DNA of 64,000 bases, from positions 102,054,001 to 102,118,000 of the forward strand of contig NC_045697.1 of assembly GCF_009834535.1 (NCBI RefSeq). Reading direction: 5' to 3'. This stretch comes from Camelus ferus. Its lineage: Eukaryota. The number at the start of each line of letters is the position of its first letter. Positions within the stretch are counted from its first letter, which is position 1. The position numbers and the translations under genes were made by a program. A model generated the notes under the pieces. That model worked only from the letters and a program-made list of their open reading frames with translations. It was not told the origin of the DNA and searched no databases. Positions 61,496 to 64,000 of the stretch are shown here, piece after piece.

Positions 61496-62569
61496 TTTAC
61501 ATTCCTGCAAATTTTTACACTTTTCTTCCCCCAAAATTTACTTTTGGCATTTCAGATTACTTCCTCTTGGATATATTTCCAATACTGGTATTATTAGACC
61601 AAAGAAGATGAAAATTTTTGAAGGCTGCTGATTCGCTTGTACATATCACATAAAGGATGTCTAAAATTTTGCCTATCATGGTTCTAGGAGCTTATGATTT
61701 CTGTTTCAGGATCATTTTTGGTATTTATAACTAATAAATACATACTTTATTACATGTGTTACGTGTAACATATATAATACATAATTTTATATATTTTCAT
61801 AGGTATTCAGTATTTCTTTCATTTGTGGTTGATATTATTGGCATATGGAAATTTTAATTTAATTTGGGAACAAGAATGTATATGATGCAAGGGGTCAGGT
61901 ACATATCAAAAACAAGGGTCAGTTTATTTTTCCTTTTCAAAAAATGAGTAAATTAAATGTGTCTATCTACATATCTATTGATATAAATACAGATTTTTTT
62001 CAAAGATAATGGATGAAATTTGTTTTCACAAACATATGGTGAGTAGTCTCCCTTTAAAGACATGATGATCATGTCTTTAAATGTAGGTTCAAGTTGTTTA
62101 TCTGCGTCTTTAACACTGCTAGTTCCTCATTATAAGTGCATTCCTCATGAAAACTAAGCCTGTAGCCTGTTTTTGTTTCTACTCGTTTCAGATTTTTTCC
62201 AATAACAGTGACCTCCCTGGTGTTGCTGTGGGCTTCATGCCTCTCTCGTCTTTCTTGACTGCCTTCACTCCAATCAAGAGTATCGACAGCTCCCGACATT
62301 GCTGAAAGAAGTCCTTGAAGAGGTAGCACAATTTGTTAATCCTTTGTTCTTTCTCATTTAGTAGAAATAGACATCTTTTTATTCCACTGAAGATGCTCTT
62401 GCCAAGGTCACTGATGACTCATTTTTTGCTAAAGCCAGTGAACACTTACAAGTTTTTATTTAATTATTTGACCTTTCAGCAGCATTTGGCATTACTGACG
62501 ATTACCCTTTTCTGGAAGCACTGTCATCCCTTGGCATCCAAGACACTGCACTCTCCATGTGTTTCAGGT

Positions 62570-62780
62570 CTCTGAAGCCAGACTGTCTGGGCTCAGCTCT
62601 TGGCTCAGACACTGATTAGCTACATGACCTTGAGTAAGCCACTCAACATCTTTAGGATTCAGTTTCCTTGTAGTTAAGAATAATAACAGTACCTATCTCT
62701 TAGGGTAGGTGTGAGGACTTATGTAAAATCCTGCATAAAATGATTCAAATAATACTTGGCACTTCTGCACCACTTAAATC
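62570..62780 (+). mobile_element. MIR SINE
   Basis: GCCAGACTGTCTGGG...TAGCTACATGACCTTGAGTAAGCCACTCAAC...TCAGTTTCC...AATAACAGTACCTATCTC. Confidence 0.75.
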
Positions 62781-62788
62781 AGCAGTGT

Positions 62789-62945
62789 GTGGTGTGCTGG
62801 TAAACCAGCTCTCTGGAAAGTAAAGCCCTGATTTGTAGTGTTACCAATTTCTTTCATATAAATACCTTCCACGGCCTTAAATACACCCACCATTCCTGAC
62901 TATTTAGCAATTGGCTTTCCCAGGAACTGGCTTCTGCGCTCTCCT
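62789..62945 (+). mobile_element. MER63-type hAT transposon
   Basis: GTGGTGTGCTGGTAAA...AAAGCCCTGATTTGTAG motifs. Confidence 0.7.
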
Positions 62946-63109
62946 GACAGCTACCTCTGTCCTTGGCTTTTTAATCTCCTCTGCTTGGTCTCCACTGTGG
63001 GCTCCCCTTCCTTCCACTTCTGAAACACCTTTGCTCTTTGGTGTTCTGTGCTAGGCTTTCCTATTGTTTTACTGTGTACCTTTCCTCAAAGCAATCTCAT
63101 CCAGTTAAA

Positions 63110-64000
63110 AAAGTCGATATATAGTTCACGTACTACACAATTCATACACTTAAAGTGTACAGCTCAGTGGTTTTTAGTACGTTCACAACATGGTACAACC
63201 ATCACCACCATCAATTTCAAAACATTTTTCATCACTTTCCAAAGAAACCCAGACTCTATTAGCAGTCAGTTACTCCTCCTCATCACCACACCCAACTATT
63301 AGCCACTTTCTGTCTCTAAAAATTTGCCTCTTTTGGATATTTCATATAAATGGAATCATATAATAACGTGGTCCTTTGTGACCGTCTTCTTTCACTCAGC
63401 AGAATGTTTTCAAGGTTCAGGTATGTTGTAGCTTGTATCAGTATTTCATTCCTTTTTATTGCTCAATGATATTTCATTGTAATGATGTGCCACATTTTAT
63501 TTATCCCTTCGTCAGGTTGTTTCTACTTTTTGGCTATTAGGAATAATGCTGCTATGAACCCTGGTGTATACGTTTTTGTGTTGGCATATTATTGTTTCTC
63601 TTGAGTACGTATCTAGAAGTGGCATTGCTATGCTCTATGGTAAATCTGTTTGACTTTTTGAGGCCCGGCCAAAACTGTTTTCCAAAGAGGCTATACAATT
63701 TCACTGGTAGTGTACAAGGAGTCCAATTCCTCTACACTCTTCCCAACACTTGTTATTATCTGTCTTTATGATTATAACCAGCTTAGTGAGTGTGAAATGG
63801 TATCTCTTTGTCACTTTTGATTTGCTTTTTCCTGATGGCTAACGATATTGAACATCTTTTCATGTGCCTATTGGTCATTTGTCTTTCATCTTTGGGGAAA
63901 TGCCTATTCATGTTCTTCATCCTTTTTAAAGTTGGGTCACTTGTCCTTTTGTTTTTGACAATCTCATCCATTTTTATGGCTTTTTATTTGTATTCTTATA
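63110..64000 (-). mobile_element. Old L1 (L1MB-like) 3' region running off the window edge
   Basis: TTAAAGTGTACAG, TTCATATAAATGGAATCATA, TGTTTTCCAAAG, GAACATCTTTTCATGTGC motifs. Confidence 0.85.

Noticed and set aside
62069..62329. 86-aa minus-strand ORF as a glycophorin exon, expected by synteny
   Set aside because: Only a VIG tripeptide resembles the GYPA transmembrane exon; no hydrophobic segment or convincing splice sites. Glycophorin is probably beyond the window.
1..64000. CRISPR arrays, operons or prokaryotic defence systems
   Set aside because: Sequence is clearly mammalian; no regularly spaced repeat-spacer array seen.

Overview
Mammalian genomic DNA, most likely camelid: it carries tRNA-Ala-derived Vic-1-type SINEs and many short cetartiodactyl-type L1 3' ends. 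The only protein-coding gene I can support is the 5' part of FREM3 on the minus strand: a CpG-island promoter, an intact 5,179-nt coding exon 1 (15832-21010) and a 90-nt exon 2 (14256-14345); intron 2 runs off the left edge. The ~43 kb upstream (right) is repeat-rich intergenic DNA. It holds a two-LTR, internally deleted class I ERV provirus (27965-33157) with a tRNA-Arg-like PBS, a PPT and a gag remnant; three copies of a second LTR family; an ERV-L gag fragment; a processed pseudogene of RTRAF (C14orf166/CGI-99) with poly(A) and TSD; and many L1, L2, MIR, MaLR and DNA-transposon relics. Several insertions show clear mechanistic signatures (twin-priming inversion, probable 3' transductions, nested insertions). 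I found no convincing new multi-gene system. The most interesting items are the ERV co-oriented upstream of FREM3, the retrotransposition oddities and one orphan exon-like segment. Family names are from recall, not database searches, and boundaries of old repeats are approximate.
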